Assembly (NCBI GenBank): GCA_964438505.1
Contig: CAYTKN010000014.1
Span: 5,041-69,040, forward strand
From: an uncultured Burkholderiales bacterium
GTDB lineage: Bacteria; Actinomycetota; Acidimicrobiia; IMCC26256; JACPCJ01
DNA: 64,000 bases
Direction of reading: 5' to 3'
Both the position numbers and the translations under genes were made by a program. This document shows, piece by piece, positions 17,494 to 27,056 of the stretch (position 1 is the first letter of the stretch; the number at the start of each line of letters is the position of its first letter). The notes below the pieces were generated by a model, which worked only from the letters and a program-made list of their open reading frames with translations, was not told the DNA's origin and did no database searches.

Positions 17494-19056
17494 TCAGCGC
17501 CTGAACACCGAGCGCCGACCCCTGGCCGCGCCCGCTCGCGGGCTCTCCTCGTCGAGGTCGACCTCGGGGTCGTCGGCGCCCTCGCCGCCGGGATCACGAC
17601 CGGGATCGGCGACGGCGTACCCGTGGAGGTCCTGGTCGTAGGGCACCCCGGAGCCGACGTGATCGCCGAGGTGGTCCCCGCCGTGGGCCACCTCGCCACC
17701 GGCGCTGTCGTCGGTGTCGTCGGTGTCGTCGGTGTCGTCGGTGTCGTCGGTGTCGTCGGTGCGGTCGCCGGTCTCGACGCTGCCGGCGGTGTCCGCGACG
17801 TCACGCGGGTCGGCCGCGTCGGCCGTGCCGTCCTCGTACGCGGGGGCGTCTGCGGGGCCGTCCGCCGGGTCGTCCGCCGGCCCGAGTGGCGAGCCCTCCT
17901 CGACCGCGCGGCGCAGATCGGCGAAGAAGTCGTCGTCGGGGCCCGGCTCGGACCCGCGCGCCGTCCGACGCCGGAGCCGCCGCTTGGGCAACAGGTCGGC
18001 GAGGTGCTGGTCGTCCTCGGCGTCGAGCTCCGCCCGGGTCGCAGGGTCGTCGGCAGGGTCGTCGGCTGGGCCCTCCGCGTGGCCCTCCACAGGGTGCTCG
18101 ACGGGCCTGCCGGCGCCGGCACCGGTGTCCGCGGCCTGCACGGCGCCCAAGGCCTCCAGGGCGTCCAGGGCGTCCCCGCTGTCGGTCGTCCCGCTCTCCG
18201 CTGTCCCGCTGTCGGCCTCGCCGCCGGCCACCTGCCGATGCTCGTGGTCGACCTCGACCTCCGCGTCCTCCACGGGCACCTCCCGATCCCGGGACCCGGC
18301 GGCGTCGCCGGTCTCGGCGGGCTCGCCATGCTCGCCGGTCTCGCCGGTCTCGGCGGGCTCACTCCGCTCGCCGGACTCGCCCGGCCACCCCGGGGGCTCG
18401 CCCGGATCCGCGACGTCGCCGTCGGCGGACCCGGCAGACTCGTGGGGCTCGTGGGACTCGGCAGGTTCGACAGGAGCGGACGGGTCGTCGGCGCGCACGT
18501 CGTCGAGGTGGACCTCGCTGAGCTGCACCGGCGTCGAGGGCGTGGGCAGCGTGCGGTGCTCGAGGCGGGCGATCTCGTCCTCCAGCACCTCCCGCATGCG
18601 ACGCCGGTAGCCCGAGGCGGCGCCCTCGAGCGCCTCGAGGTCCTCCAGCAACAGCTCCCGGCGGGCAGCGAGGTCGCGCACCTCGTCCTCGAGCCGCTGG
18701 CGCTCGGCGATCGTCAACCGCCGGGCCTCCTCCTCGGCGCCCGAGACGATCGAGTGGGCGTGGGCCTCGGACTCGGACAGCACGCGCCGGGCGCGCTCCT
18801 GGGCCTCGGAGACGGCGGCGTCGGCGGTCCGCTGGGCCAGCAGCAACGTGCGGCGCAGCATCTCGTCGGCCTCGCGACCGAGGCCGACCTCCTCCTCCGC
18901 CTTGCCGAGGCGATCCCCCAGACGCTGCACCTGCCCCTGGAGTCGTTCGATGGTGGTGGCGACACGGTCGAGGAGCTCGTCGACGTCGTCCTGGCGGTAG
19001 CCGCGCCACGCCTCCCGCAGCTCGATCGTCCGCAGCTCGTGCGGGGTCACGTCCAT
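17494..19056 (-). CDS. divIVA: DivIVA-domain cell-pole/division protein with ~345-aa acidic low-complexity C-terminal extension
   Basis: N-terminus MDVTPHELRTIELREAWRGYRQDDVDELLDRV and coiled coil. Position after sepF-yggT. Confidence 0.9.
   Translation of the reverse strand: MDVTPHELRTIELREAWRGYRQDDVDELLDRVATTIERLQGQVQRLGDRLGKAEEEVGLGREADEMLRRTLLLAQRTADAAVSEAQERARRVLSESEAHAHSIVSGAEEEARRLTIAERQRLEDEVRDLAARRELLLEDLEALEGAASGYRRRMREVLEDEIARLEHRTLPTPSTPVQLSEVHLDDVRADDPSAPVEPAESHEPHESAGSADGDVADPGEPPGWPGESGERSEPAETGETGEHGEPAETGDAAGSRDREVPVEDAEVEVDHEHRQVAGGEADSGTAESGTTDSGDALDALEALGAVQAADTGAGAGRPVEHPVEGHAEGPADDPADDPATRAELDAEDDQHLADLLPKRRLRRRTARGSEPGPDDDFFADLRRAVEEGSPLGPADDPADGPADAPAYEDGTADAADPRDVADTAGSVETGDRTDDTDDTDDTDDTDDTDDSAGGEVAHGGDHLGDHVGSGVPYDQDLHGYAVADPGRDPGGEGADDPEVDLDEESPRAGAARGRRSVFRR
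17707..17760. repeat. 9-bp tandem repeat x6 (GTCGTCGGT) in the divIVA tail
   Basis: Encodes TDDTDDTDDTDDTDD on the minus strand. Confidence 0.9.
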
Positions 19057-19161
19057 GCACCGGATCGTACCGACACCCGGATCGCGGCCGGTGGATGCCG
19101 CCGAGGGACCGCCGAGGGACCGACACAGCGACGCCGCCGCCGGGAACCCGCGCTCGGGTGC

Positions 19162-19416
19162 TCAGCAGATCGCGCCCCGCAGGATGGTGAGGGCGACGAA
19201 GACGATGATCGGCGAGAGGTCGAAGGCCATCCCCGACCCGCCCAGCGGCGGGATCAGGCCCCGCACCGGCGCCAGCACCGGCTCGGTGAGGTCGTAGAGC
19301 ACCCGGTGCACGCTCGCGAGACCGGACCCGGGCTCCATCGGGAACCACGAGAGGATGATCCGAGCGAAGAGCACGAAGAAGTAGACGAGGAGGAACGAGC
19401 AGAGGAGATCTAGCAT
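19162..19416 (-). CDS. YggT family membrane protein
   Basis: 84 aa, two TM helices, ARIILSWFP motif, conserved position between sepF and divIVA. Confidence 0.85.
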   Translation of the reverse strand: MLDLLCSFLLVYFFVLFARIILSWFPMEPGSGLASVHRVLYDLTEPVLAPVRGLIPPLGGSGMAFDLSPIIVFVALTILRGAIC

Positions 19417-19497
19417 CGGGCGGCCTGATGGGTGGGGTCGGTGGGGTCGGTGGGCACGGTCGGTCGATCGCTCGTGGTGGGCTCGGGTCGGCTCGTC

Positions 19498-20001
19498 TCA
19501 GGCGCTGTAGAGGCCCCGCGCCTGGAGCCTCTCCTTCTCCTCGGCCGACACCTCCACGTTCGCCGGGGTGAGCAGGAACACCTCGTCGTGGACGCGCGCC
19601 ATCGCCCCGCCGAGCGCGTAGGTGAGCCCGCTCGAGAAGTCGATGAGCCGGCGCTGGAGGTCGCGGTCGAGGCCCTGGAGGTTGAGGATCACCGGCTGGG
19701 TGACCTTGAGGCGGTCGCCCACCTCCTGCGCGTCGTTGAAGCCCGCGGGCTCGACCACGTGGACCTTGGTGGAGGCCTGGTTCATGGTGCGCACCACCGA
19801 CGGGCGCTGGGGCGCCGGCAGACCGGACTCCGAGGGGGCGACGGTCCGCACCGCGGAGCCCTCGTCGGGAGGCGGTGGGACCTCGGGCTCCACGGGAGCG
19901 CGCGGCGCAGCGGGCTCCTCGTAGTACCCGTACCCGTACTCGTACTCCTCGTCGTCGACGAGCCCCAGGTAGATCATGGCCCGTCGCCACAAAGAAGCCA
20001 T
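19498..20001 (-). CDS. sepF: Cell division protein SepF
   Basis: N-terminal MASLWRRAMIYLGL amphipathic helix and C-terminal FtsZ-binding domain (VILNLQGLDRDLQRRLIDFSSG). Confidence 0.9.
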   Translation of the reverse strand: MASLWRRAMIYLGLVDDEEYEYGYGYYEEPAAPRAPVEPEVPPPPDEGSAVRTVAPSESGLPAPQRPSVVRTMNQASTKVHVVEPAGFNDAQEVGDRLKVTQPVILNLQGLDRDLQRRLIDFSSGLTYALGGAMARVHDEVFLLTPANVEVSAEEKERLQARGLYSA

Positions 20002-20029
20002 CCGGTGCCCTCCTCGTGCGGTCGTCAGA

Positions 20030-20707
20030 TTAGTGGCTGTCGGGGCGCGGCCCGAACAGGGTCGTCCCGAGGCGGACGACCGTCGCCCCCTCCTCGACCG
20101 CGACCTCGAAGTCGGCGGACATCCCCATCGACAGCCCCGCCACCTCCGCGTCGGCCGCCAGCTCCGCCAAGCGGGCGAAGTGGGGCCGCGGATCCTCGTC
20201 GAGGGGCGGGACCGTCATGAGCCCCTCGACCCGCAGTCCGAGGTCGGCCAACGCGCCCACGAGGTCGCGCGCCTCGGAGGGCGCGCACCCCGCCTTGGTG
20301 GCCTCCCCCGCCACGTCGACCTGCACGTGGACGCGCGCCCCCGGCGCGCGCCGCGCGACCTCCTCGCCTGCGGCCAGGCGATCGACGCCGTGCCACACCG
20401 TCACGAGCGGGGCCAGCTTCTTGACCTTGTTGCGCTGGATCCTGCCGACGAAGTGCCATTCGGGGGCGACGTCGTCGGGGAGCTGCGGGGCCTTCCCCAG
20501 CAGCTCCTGCGCCCGGTTCTCGCCGACGGCGGGGATCCCGGCCCGGATCGCCGCCGCCACGACCTCGGCCGGGAAGCCCTTGGTCACCGCGACGACCCGA
20601 CCGCCCGCCGGGTCGCGACCGGCGCGGCGGGCCGCCTCGTCGATGCGGCGGGACGCGTCCTCGAAGCGTCCGCGGATCTCGTCGACGCCCGGTGTCGCCG
20701 GGCTCAC
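20030..20707 (-). CDS. yggS: YggS-family pyridoxal-phosphate homeostasis protein
   Basis: AVTKGFP (PLP lysine), GENRAQEL, WHFVGRIQRNK and SMGMSADFE motifs. The GTG start overlaps the pgeF stop (GTGA). Confidence 0.9.
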   Translation of the reverse strand: MSPATPGVDEIRGRFEDASRRIDEAARRAGRDPAGGRVVAVTKGFPAEVVAAAIRAGIPAVGENRAQELLGKAPQLPDDVAPEWHFVGRIQRNKVKKLAPLVTVWHGVDRLAAGEEVARRAPGARVHVQVDVAGEATKAGCAPSEARDLVGALADLGLRVEGLMTVPPLDEDPRPHFARLAELAADAEVAGLSMGMSADFEVAVEEGATVVRLGTTLFGPRPDSH

Positions 20708-21450
20708 GGCCGCGCTCGCGACGCCAGGCGCGCGACCAGCAGCCCCTGGCGGCCCGTCTCGCCGTCCCGTCGGTGCGAGAAGGAGTCGGCGTCGCACGCG
20801 GTGCAGACGCGCAGCTCGCGCACCGCCACCCCGATGCCGGCGCGGGCGACCGCGGCGCGGACCGCGGCGGGCAGGTCCAGCGCCGGACGCCCCGCGGTGG
20901 TCGTGGAGCGGACTCCCTCGCCGAAGCGCTCCACCAGCACGTCGAGGTCGTCGGGACCGAACTCGTAGCAGCACGGGTGGATGCACGGACCGAGGAGGGC
21001 GTGGCGGACGGCGCCGCCGCGCGCGGCCAGGGCGCGGGCGGCGGCCTCGACCACACCGTCGAGCAGGCCGCGCCATCCCCCGTGCACCGCCGCGACGGCC
21101 TCCTCGGAGATCAGCGCCAGCGGGGCACAGTCCGCGGTGAGCACGACGCCGGTCCGGCCGGGCCGCGTCACCACGACGGCGTCGGCCTCGTGGGTGCCGC
21201 CATGGTCCGCGGGGTCGTCGGTGAGCACCCGGGTGCCGTGCACCTGGCGCATCGGCACCCAATCCGAGGGATCGCCGAGGCCGAGGAACCGGGCGGCGCG
21301 CCGGCGGTTCTCGGCCACCGCCGCGGCGTCGCCTCCCGCGCCGTGCGTCAGGGCGAGGTCGAGGGAGTCGCGCGGTGGCGGCGAGACGCCGCCTCGCCGG
21401 TCGGTGAAGGCGACACGAGCTCCGCAGAGGTCGACCCGGTAGCGGCCCAG
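20704..21450 (-). CDS. pgeF: PgeF/YfiH (DUF152, laccase-domain) peptidoglycan editing factor; start codon non-canonical or uncertain
   Basis: FTDRRGGVS, QVHG, TADCAP, HGGWRG and CCYE motifs. No in-frame ATG/GTG/TTG precedes the conserved N-terminal region. A CTG lies 2 nt after the ftsZ stop. Confidence 0.8.
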   Translation of the reverse strand: MGRYRVDLCGARVAFTDRRGGVSPPPRDSLDLALTHGAGGDAAAVAENRRRAARFLGLGDPSDWVPMRQVHGTRVLTDDPADHGGTHEADAVVVTRPGRTGVVLTADCAPLALISEEAVAAVHGGWRGLLDGVVEAAARALAARGGAVRHALLGPCIHPCCYEFGPDDLDVLVERFGEGVRSTTTAGRPALDLPAAVRAAVARAGIGVAVRELRVCTACDADSFSHRRDGETGRQGLLVARLASRARP

Positions 21451-21452
21451 GG

Positions 21453-22505
21453 CTACTTGAGGAACGACGGGACGTCGAAGTCCTCGTCGAGCTCGAGGCC
21501 CTCGTCGTCGAGCTCGCTCTCGAGCCCGATGCCCCGCTCGGGGCGCCGGCCGTTGTCGAAGCGGTCGAAGCCGGCGGCGATGACGGTGACCCGGACCTCC
21601 TCGCCCAGGGCGTCGTCGATGACCGCGCCGAAGATGATGTTGGCGTCCGCGTGCGCCGCCTGGGCGATGATGTCGGCGGCCTCGTTGACCTCGAACAGGC
21701 CGAGGTCGGAGGGCCCCGACATGTTGAGGAGGATCCCCCGCGCCCCTTCGATGCTCGCCTCGAGGAGCGCGCTGGAGATGGCGGCCCGGGCCGCGTTCAC
21801 GGCCCGCCCCTCGCCGGACGCGTAGCCGATCCCCATCAGCGCGGAGCCGGCATTGGTCATGATCATCTTCACGTCGGCGAAGTCCGTGTTGATCAGCCCC
21901 GGCGTGGTGATGAGGTCGGTGATCCCCTGCACGCCCTGGAGCAGGATCTCGTCGCACATCTTGAAGGCGTTGAGCATCGACGTCTTCTCGTCGGAGACCT
22001 GCACCAGCCGGTCGTTGGGGATGACGATCAGCGTGTCGAGCTTGTCCTTGAGTCCGGAGACGCCCTGCTCCGCCTGCACGGCGCGGCGGCGCCCCTCGAA
22101 ACCGAAGGGCCGGGTGACCACACCGATGGTGAGGGCACCGAGGCTCTTGGCGACCTCGGCGATGATCGGCGCGCCGCCGGTGCCGGTGCCCCCGCCCTCC
22201 CCGGCGGTCACGAACACCATGTCGGCGCCCTTGAGGACCTCCTCGATCTCCTCGCGGTGCTCCTCGGCGGCCGCGCGGCCGACCTCGGGATCGGAGCCCG
22301 CGCCGAGCCCCCGGGTGAGCTGGCGACCGATGTCCAGCTTCACGTCGGCGTCGCTCATCAACAGGGCCTGGGCGTCGGTGTTGACCGCGATGAACTCGAC
22401 CCCCTTGAGACCGGCGTCGATCATGCGGTTGACGGCGTTGCACCCGCCACCACCGATGCCCACGACCTTGATCACTGCCAGATAGTTCTGGGGCGCTCCC
22501 ACCAT
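21453..22505 (-). CDS. ftsZ: Cell division GTPase FtsZ
   Basis: [11 protein letters not shown] and [14 protein letters not shown] tubulin signatures, C-terminal DFDVPSFLK peptide. ATG 22505 is preceded by GGGAGGGAG. Confidence 0.97.
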   Translation of the reverse strand: MVGAPQNYLAVIKVVGIGGGGCNAVNRMIDAGLKGVEFIAVNTDAQALLMSDADVKLDIGRQLTRGLGAGSDPEVGRAAAEEHREEIEEVLKGADMVFVTAGEGGGTGTGGAPIIAEVAKSLGALTIGVVTRPFGFEGRRRAVQAEQGVSGLKDKLDTLIVIPNDRLVQVSDEKTSMLNAFKMCDEILLQGVQGITDLITTPGLINTDFADVKMIMTNAGSALMGIGYASGEGRAVNAARAAISSALLEASIEGARGILLNMSGPSDLGLFEVNEAADIIAQAAHADANIIFGAVIDDALGEEVRVTVIAAGFDRFDNGRRPERGIGLESELDDEGLELDEDFDVPSFLK

Positions 22506-22604
22506 GACCGGCTCCCTCCCCCCGGACACGACGGAGCCGACCCGCGGCGCATGCTCGTGTGCTCGTCGCACGTCGCGCACGGATCGGCGTTCGCTCCGAA
22601 GAGG

Positions 22605-22623
22605 CCTCAACCTGTGGTTGAGG
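22605..22623 (-). promoter_or_regulatory. Perfect 8-bp-stem hairpin (CCTCAACC-nnn-GGTTGAGG) in the ftsZ leader
   Basis: Read directly. A degenerate second copy (TCAACCTGT..TTGAGG) follows at 22632-22646. Confidence 0.5.
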
Positions 22624-22648
22624 GTTATGTCAACCTGTACTTGAGGTC

Positions 22649-22677
22649 AGAGTACTGCAAGTGGCGGGCGTGGTCAA
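22649..22677 (-). promoter_or_regulatory. Candidate ftsZ promoter: -35 TTGACC, 17 nt, -10 TACTCT
   Basis: Hexamers on the minus strand at 22677-22672 and 22654-22649, in the lower-GC ftsQ-ftsZ spacer. Confidence 0.5.
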
Positions 22678-23648
22678 TGATGGGTTCCGCGCTCCCACGA
22701 TCCAGCCGCCGCGCCCACGGCCGCGCCGTGGAGACCGCCGGCACTGTCGGCACTGTCGGCAGCTTGACCCCCGGTCTCGCCTTCGGCGCCGTCGCCGTTG
22801 GTCTCGCTGCCGGTCTCGCTGCCGGAGTCGCCGTCGGCCTCGCCGTCGGCCTCGCCGTCGGGCTCGTCGTGCTCGCGGATCGCCGGCACGCTCGGGACGC
22901 GCACGTCCACGAGGCGGACCTCCCGCTCACCGAGCTCGGCGAGCACCGCGCCCAGCGCCGCCCACTTCTCCTGGATCTCCTCGGCCGGACCGAAGCGCAC
23001 CACCTCGGCGCCCTCCACCTCGAGCTCGAAGCCACCGGGGACGCGCTCGAGCGCGACGACGCGCCCCCGCAGCGACGGCGGGACGGCCGCGGCGATCGCG
23101 ACCGCACCCGCCCCCTCGCCGAGGCGATCCCCGGGAGCAGGCACCGCCACGTCCATCCGCAGCTCCACCAGCCGCTCCGGTGGTGTTCCCCGCAGCTCCA
23201 GCACGCGTGCGTCGCCGTCGACGAGCGCCACCGGCGCCCGCTCCCCCTCGGGCGACTCGAGGGCCACCCACGCCACGGGGCTCCGCTCCTCGATCTCGAT
23301 CACGAGCCGGCTCGGGAGGGAGAGCGACACGTCGGCCGCCAGCACCCACGGCAACTCCTCGACCCGGTCCGCCACGGCACCGCGGTCGACGAGCAACAGC
23401 GCCTCCCCCGACGTGACTCCGGAGACCTCGCGCACCTCCGCGGGATCGGCGTGGTGCGCGCCCCGCACCTCCACCGAGTCGACGTCGAGGAAGCTCGACT
23501 GGATCAGCAACCAACCGGCGCCGCCCAGCGAGAAGAGCCCGAGCAACGCCACCGCGGCGCGCACCCGCCGGCGTCCCCGCCGCCGTCGCACCTCCTCACG
23601 GCGAGCCTGGACCCGCGGGTGCGGGCGCGCCGCCGTCCGTGTGCTCAC
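22674..23648 (-). CDS. ftsQ: Cell division protein FtsQ (POTRA domain) with acidic C-terminal tail
   Basis: Basic N-terminus, one TM helix (AAVALLGLFSLGGAGWLLI), POTRA-like VDSVEVRGAHH..., conserved position. The GTG start overlaps the murB stop. Confidence 0.85.
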   Translation of the reverse strand: MSTRTAARPHPRVQARREEVRRRRGRRRVRAAVALLGLFSLGGAGWLLIQSSFLDVDSVEVRGAHHADPAEVREVSGVTSGEALLLVDRGAVADRVEELPWVLAADVSLSLPSRLVIEIEERSPVAWVALESPEGERAPVALVDGDARVLELRGTPPERLVELRMDVAVPAPGDRLGEGAGAVAIAAAVPPSLRGRVVALERVPGGFELEVEGAEVVRFGPAEEIQEKWAALGAVLAELGEREVRLVDVRVPSVPAIREHDEPDGEADGEADGDSGSETGSETNGDGAEGETGGQAADSADSAGGLHGAAVGAAAGSWERGTHH

Positions 23649-24595
23649 GGCGTCCTCCCCCGAGCACCGTCGTGCCCCGCGAACCCCACGAAGGTGATCT
23701 CCGGGAGCAAGCGGATCCCGGTCCGCTCCTCCACGCGGGTCTGGACCTCCCGGACGAGGCGGTGCACGTCGTCGGCCGTGGCCGAGGGCCCGGCCCGGAA
23801 GAAGTTCGCGTGCTTCGGCGACACCTCGGCCCCTCCGACGCGGAACCCCTTGAGGCCGCAGGAGTCGATGATCCTCCCGGCCGAGTCGCCCGGCGGGTTG
23901 GTGAACACCGAGCCGGCGTTCGAGCCGCCGGGTTGGTGCTCGCGGCGCCAGCGCACCACCTCCTCGATCCGCGCCCGGCACGCACCGGGCTCCTCCGGGA
24001 TCGCCGAGAGCTCGGCGCGGGTCACCACCTGGCGCGGACCCAGCGCGGAGCGGCGGTAGCCGAGGTCCAGCTCCGCGAGGCTCCACTCCCGCTCCGCCGG
24101 ACCGGCCGCCAGGTCCACCACCCACGCCCGGATCAGCACCTCCGCGGTCTCGCGCCCGTGGCCGCCCGCGTTCATCCGCACCGCACCGCCCACCGAGCCC
24201 GGGATGCCGACGTAGAACTCGAGCCCGCCGCGACCGGCCGCCGCGCAGCGGCGGGCCAGCACCGGCAACGCGAGGCCGCCGCCGGCGAGCACCCGTCGCT
24301 CCCCGACCTCCAGCTCGGAGAGCTCTCCGCCCAGGTGCAGCGCCAGGCCCTCGAAGCCGGCGTCGGCGACCAGCACGTTCGACCCCCGCCCCACCACCAG
24401 CACCGGGACGGGATGGCGCGCCAGGGCATCGGCGACGGCGCCGAGCGCCGCCCGGTCCTCGACCTCCACGAGGAGCGCCGCCGGCCCACCGAGGCCGTAC
24501 GTGGTGCGCTCCGAGAGGGGCACGTCGCGGCTCACGGCCGGGCCGAGCCGGTCGACCAGCACCTCGTGCAAGCGCTCCAGCGCAACCGCCGTCAC
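23645..24595 (-). CDS. murB: UDP-N-acetylenolpyruvoylglucosamine reductase
   Basis: FAD-binding GRGSNVLV, GIPGSVGGAVRMNAGG and GSVFTNP motifs. The GTG start overlaps the murC stop. Confidence 0.93.
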   Translation of the reverse strand: MTAVALERLHEVLVDRLGPAVSRDVPLSERTTYGLGGPAALLVEVEDRAALGAVADALARHPVPVLVVGRGSNVLVADAGFEGLALHLGGELSELEVGERRVLAGGGLALPVLARRCAAAGRGGLEFYVGIPGSVGGAVRMNAGGHGRETAEVLIRAWVVDLAAGPAEREWSLAELDLGYRRSALGPRQVVTRAELSAIPEEPGACRARIEEVVRWRREHQPGGSNAGSVFTNPPGDSAGRIIDSCGLKGFRVGGAEVSPKHANFFRAGPSATADDVHRLVREVQTRVEERTGIRLLPEITFVGFAGHDGARGRTP

Positions 24596-25959
24596 GGGCC
24601 CACCCAGACGTCCGCCACCGAGGTGATGTCCCCGGCTCCGAGGGTGAGCACCACGTCCCCGGCACGGGTGAGCCGCGGCACCACGCGCTCGACGTCGGCG
24701 CGGTGGGGCAGGTAGACGACCCGCGCGCTCGGGTCGGAGTCGAGGACGGCTCGGAGGATCAACCTCCCCGAGACCCCCGGCCGCGGCGCTTCGCCCGCGG
24801 CGTACACGTCGGTGAGCACGACCACGTCGGCCTCCGAGAAGGCGTCGCCGAAGTCGCGCCACAGGGTGGCCGTCCGGCTGTAGCGGTGGGGTTGGAAGAC
24901 GGCGACCACCCGCTCCCACCCGCCCTCCCGAGCGGCCGACACGGCGGCACGGATCTCGGAGGGGAGGTGGGCGTAGTCGTCGACGACGGTGACCCCGTCG
25001 TAGCGCCCGCGGAACTGGAACCGTCGCGCGACCCCGGTGAACCGGCCCAGCGCCGCCGCGACCTCGTCGAAGCCGACGCCGAGCTCCAGTGCCGTGGCGG
25101 CGGCCGCCGCGGCGTCCAGGACGTGGTGCCGTCCGGGCACCGCCAGCTCGATCGGTCCTCCCCGACCGCCGGGGCCTCGCAGCTCGAAGCGCACCCCGCC
25201 GTCGCGGGGCACGGAATCCGTGACCCGGTAGGTGGCGTCGTCGGCGAAGCCGAACGACACGGCTCCGGGGTGGCCCTCGACGAGCGAGCGCGCGAGCCGA
25301 TCGTCGGCGGCGACCACCGGGCGCGGGGCCTCCGACACGAAGCGGCCGAAGGCCTCGACCAACGCGTCGAAGCTGCCGTAGTGCTCGAGGTGGTCCGGCT
25401 CCAGGTTGGTGACCACCGCCACCTCGGCGTCGAGCTCGAGGAAGGTCCCGTCGCTCTCGTCGGCCTCGACCACCAGCCACTCTCCGTCCTCGAAGCCCGC
25501 GTTGCCGCCCACCTCGTTGACGTCGCCGCCGATGAGGAAGGTGGGCCGCCATCCCGCCTGCCGGAGCACCAGCGTCAGCATCGAGGTGGTGGTGGTCTTG
25601 CCGTGGGTCCCCGAGACGGCGACGGTGCGGTGGACGGCGGCGAGCAGCGCCAGCGCCTCGGCCCTCCGCAGCACCGGCACGCCGCGCTCGCGCGCCTCGA
25701 CCACCTCGGGGTTCCGCTCCGGGATCGCGGTCGAGACCACCACGGCCTCGACGCCGGCCGGCAGGTTCCCGGCCGCGTGACCGACGCTCACCGCCATCCC
25801 CTGGGCCCGGAGCCGCTCCAGGACGGCCGAGTCCTTGAGGTCGGAGCCGCTGACCCGGTGGCCCATGCGGGCGAGGACCGACGCGATCCCGCTCATGCCC
25901 GCGCCCCCGATCCCGACCACGTGGACCGAGCGCGAGCCCTCGAGGTCGAAGCGCGTCAC
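24592..25959 (-). CDS. murC: UDP-N-acetylmuramate--L-alanine ligase
   Basis: VHVVGIGGAGMSGIA and GTHGKTTTTSM motifs. The GTG start overlaps the murG stop. Confidence 0.95.
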   Translation of the reverse strand: MTRFDLEGSRSVHVVGIGGAGMSGIASVLARMGHRVSGSDLKDSAVLERLRAQGMAVSVGHAAGNLPAGVEAVVVSTAIPERNPEVVEARERGVPVLRRAEALALLAAVHRTVAVSGTHGKTTTTSMLTLVLRQAGWRPTFLIGGDVNEVGGNAGFEDGEWLVVEADESDGTFLELDAEVAVVTNLEPDHLEHYGSFDALVEAFGRFVSEAPRPVVAADDRLARSLVEGHPGAVSFGFADDATYRVTDSVPRDGGVRFELRGPGGRGGPIELAVPGRHHVLDAAAAAATALELGVGFDEVAAALGRFTGVARRFQFRGRYDGVTVVDDYAHLPSEIRAAVSAAREGGWERVVAVFQPHRYSRTATLWRDFGDAFSEADVVVLTDVYAAGEAPRPGVSGRLILRAVLDSDPSARVVYLPHRADVERVVPRLTRAGDVVLTLGAGDITSVADVWVGP

Positions 25960-27053
25960 GTCTCCACCTCCTCCGCGGACCGCTCCACGAGGTCGGCCAG
26001 CTCCGAGGCCGCACCCGGACGCCCGAGGCGTCGCGCGGCCTCCGCCATGCGGTCGAGGCGCTCGGGGGCGCCCAACAGCGCGTCCAGCTCGCGATCGAGG
26101 CGCGCCGCGGTGCACTCCTCGTCGGGGACCACGACCGCGGCGCCGGCCTCCGCGAGCGCCTCGGCGTTGCGGGTCTGGTGGTCGCCGGGAGCACCGGGCA
26201 GCGGCACCAGGACGGCGGGGACACCCGCGACGGCCAGCTCGGCCACCGTCACCGCGCCCGCCCGACAGACCGCGACCGAGGCCTCCTCGTACGAGCGCTC
26301 CATGTGGTCCTCGTACGCGAGCAGCTCGTAGTCGAGCGCCGCGTCCTGCCCGGCCGGACCGGCCGGACCGCCCGCCCACCGCGCCTCGCACTCGGCGTGG
26401 TCGCGGCGTCCGGTCACGTGACGGAGCCGGACGTCGCCGCGGTGCCGCCAGCGCTCGGCCAGCTCCACCACCGCCAGGTTGATCCGGCGCGCGCCCAGGC
26501 TGCCGCCGAAGACCAGCACGAGGGGTCGGGCCGGGTCGGGCCGGCGCGCGAGGCGGGTGATGGCGGAGCGCACCGGGTTGCCGACCAGCACGGCGCCGCG
26601 CAGGGGGGTGTCGGGCAGCGACACCGCAGCCCGAGCGCCGAGGCGGACGGCGACGCGGTTGGCGAGGCCGGGCGCGGCGTTCTGCTCGTGGACGACGGTC
26701 GGCACCCGCCGCAAGCGGGCGGCGACCACGCACGGCAGCGACGCGTAGCCGCCGACGCCCACGACCACGCGGGGCCGGTCGCGGCCGACGAGGCGCCACG
26801 CGGCGAGCAGCGCGCGGACCGCCCCGACGAGGGCGGCGACGTTGGCGAGCGCCAGACGGCGCTGGAGCCCGCGTCCGGGCAACAACGCGATCTCGTAGCC
26901 GGCGGCCGGCACGGCGTCGGCCTCCAGGCCCCGTGCGGCGCCGACGAAGCGGAGCTGTCCGCGCGGGACGCCCCGGGCGACCAACTCGTCGGCGAGCGCG
27001 AGGGCCGGGTAGACGTGGCCGCCGGTGCCGCCGCCCGTGATCAGCGCGAACAC
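25956..27053 (-). CDS. murG: Lipid II-forming UDP-GlcNAc transferase
   Basis: ITGGGTGGHVYPALA N-terminal motif, GT28 architecture. Confidence 0.95.
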   Translation of the reverse strand: MFALITGGGTGGHVYPALALADELVARGVPRGQLRFVGAARGLEADAVPAAGYEIALLPGRGLQRRLALANVAALVGAVRALLAAWRLVGRDRPRVVVGVGGYASLPCVVAARLRRVPTVVHEQNAAPGLANRVAVRLGARAAVSLPDTPLRGAVLVGNPVRSAITRLARRPDPARPLVLVFGGSLGARRINLAVVELAERWRHRGDVRLRHVTGRRDHAECEARWAGGPAGPAGQDAALDYELLAYEDHMERSYEEASVAVCRAGAVTVAELAVAGVPAVLVPLPGAPGDHQTRNAEALAEAGAAVVVPDEECTAARLDRELDALLGAPERLDRMAEAARRLGRPGAASELADLVERSAEEVET

Positions 27054-27056
27054 GCC

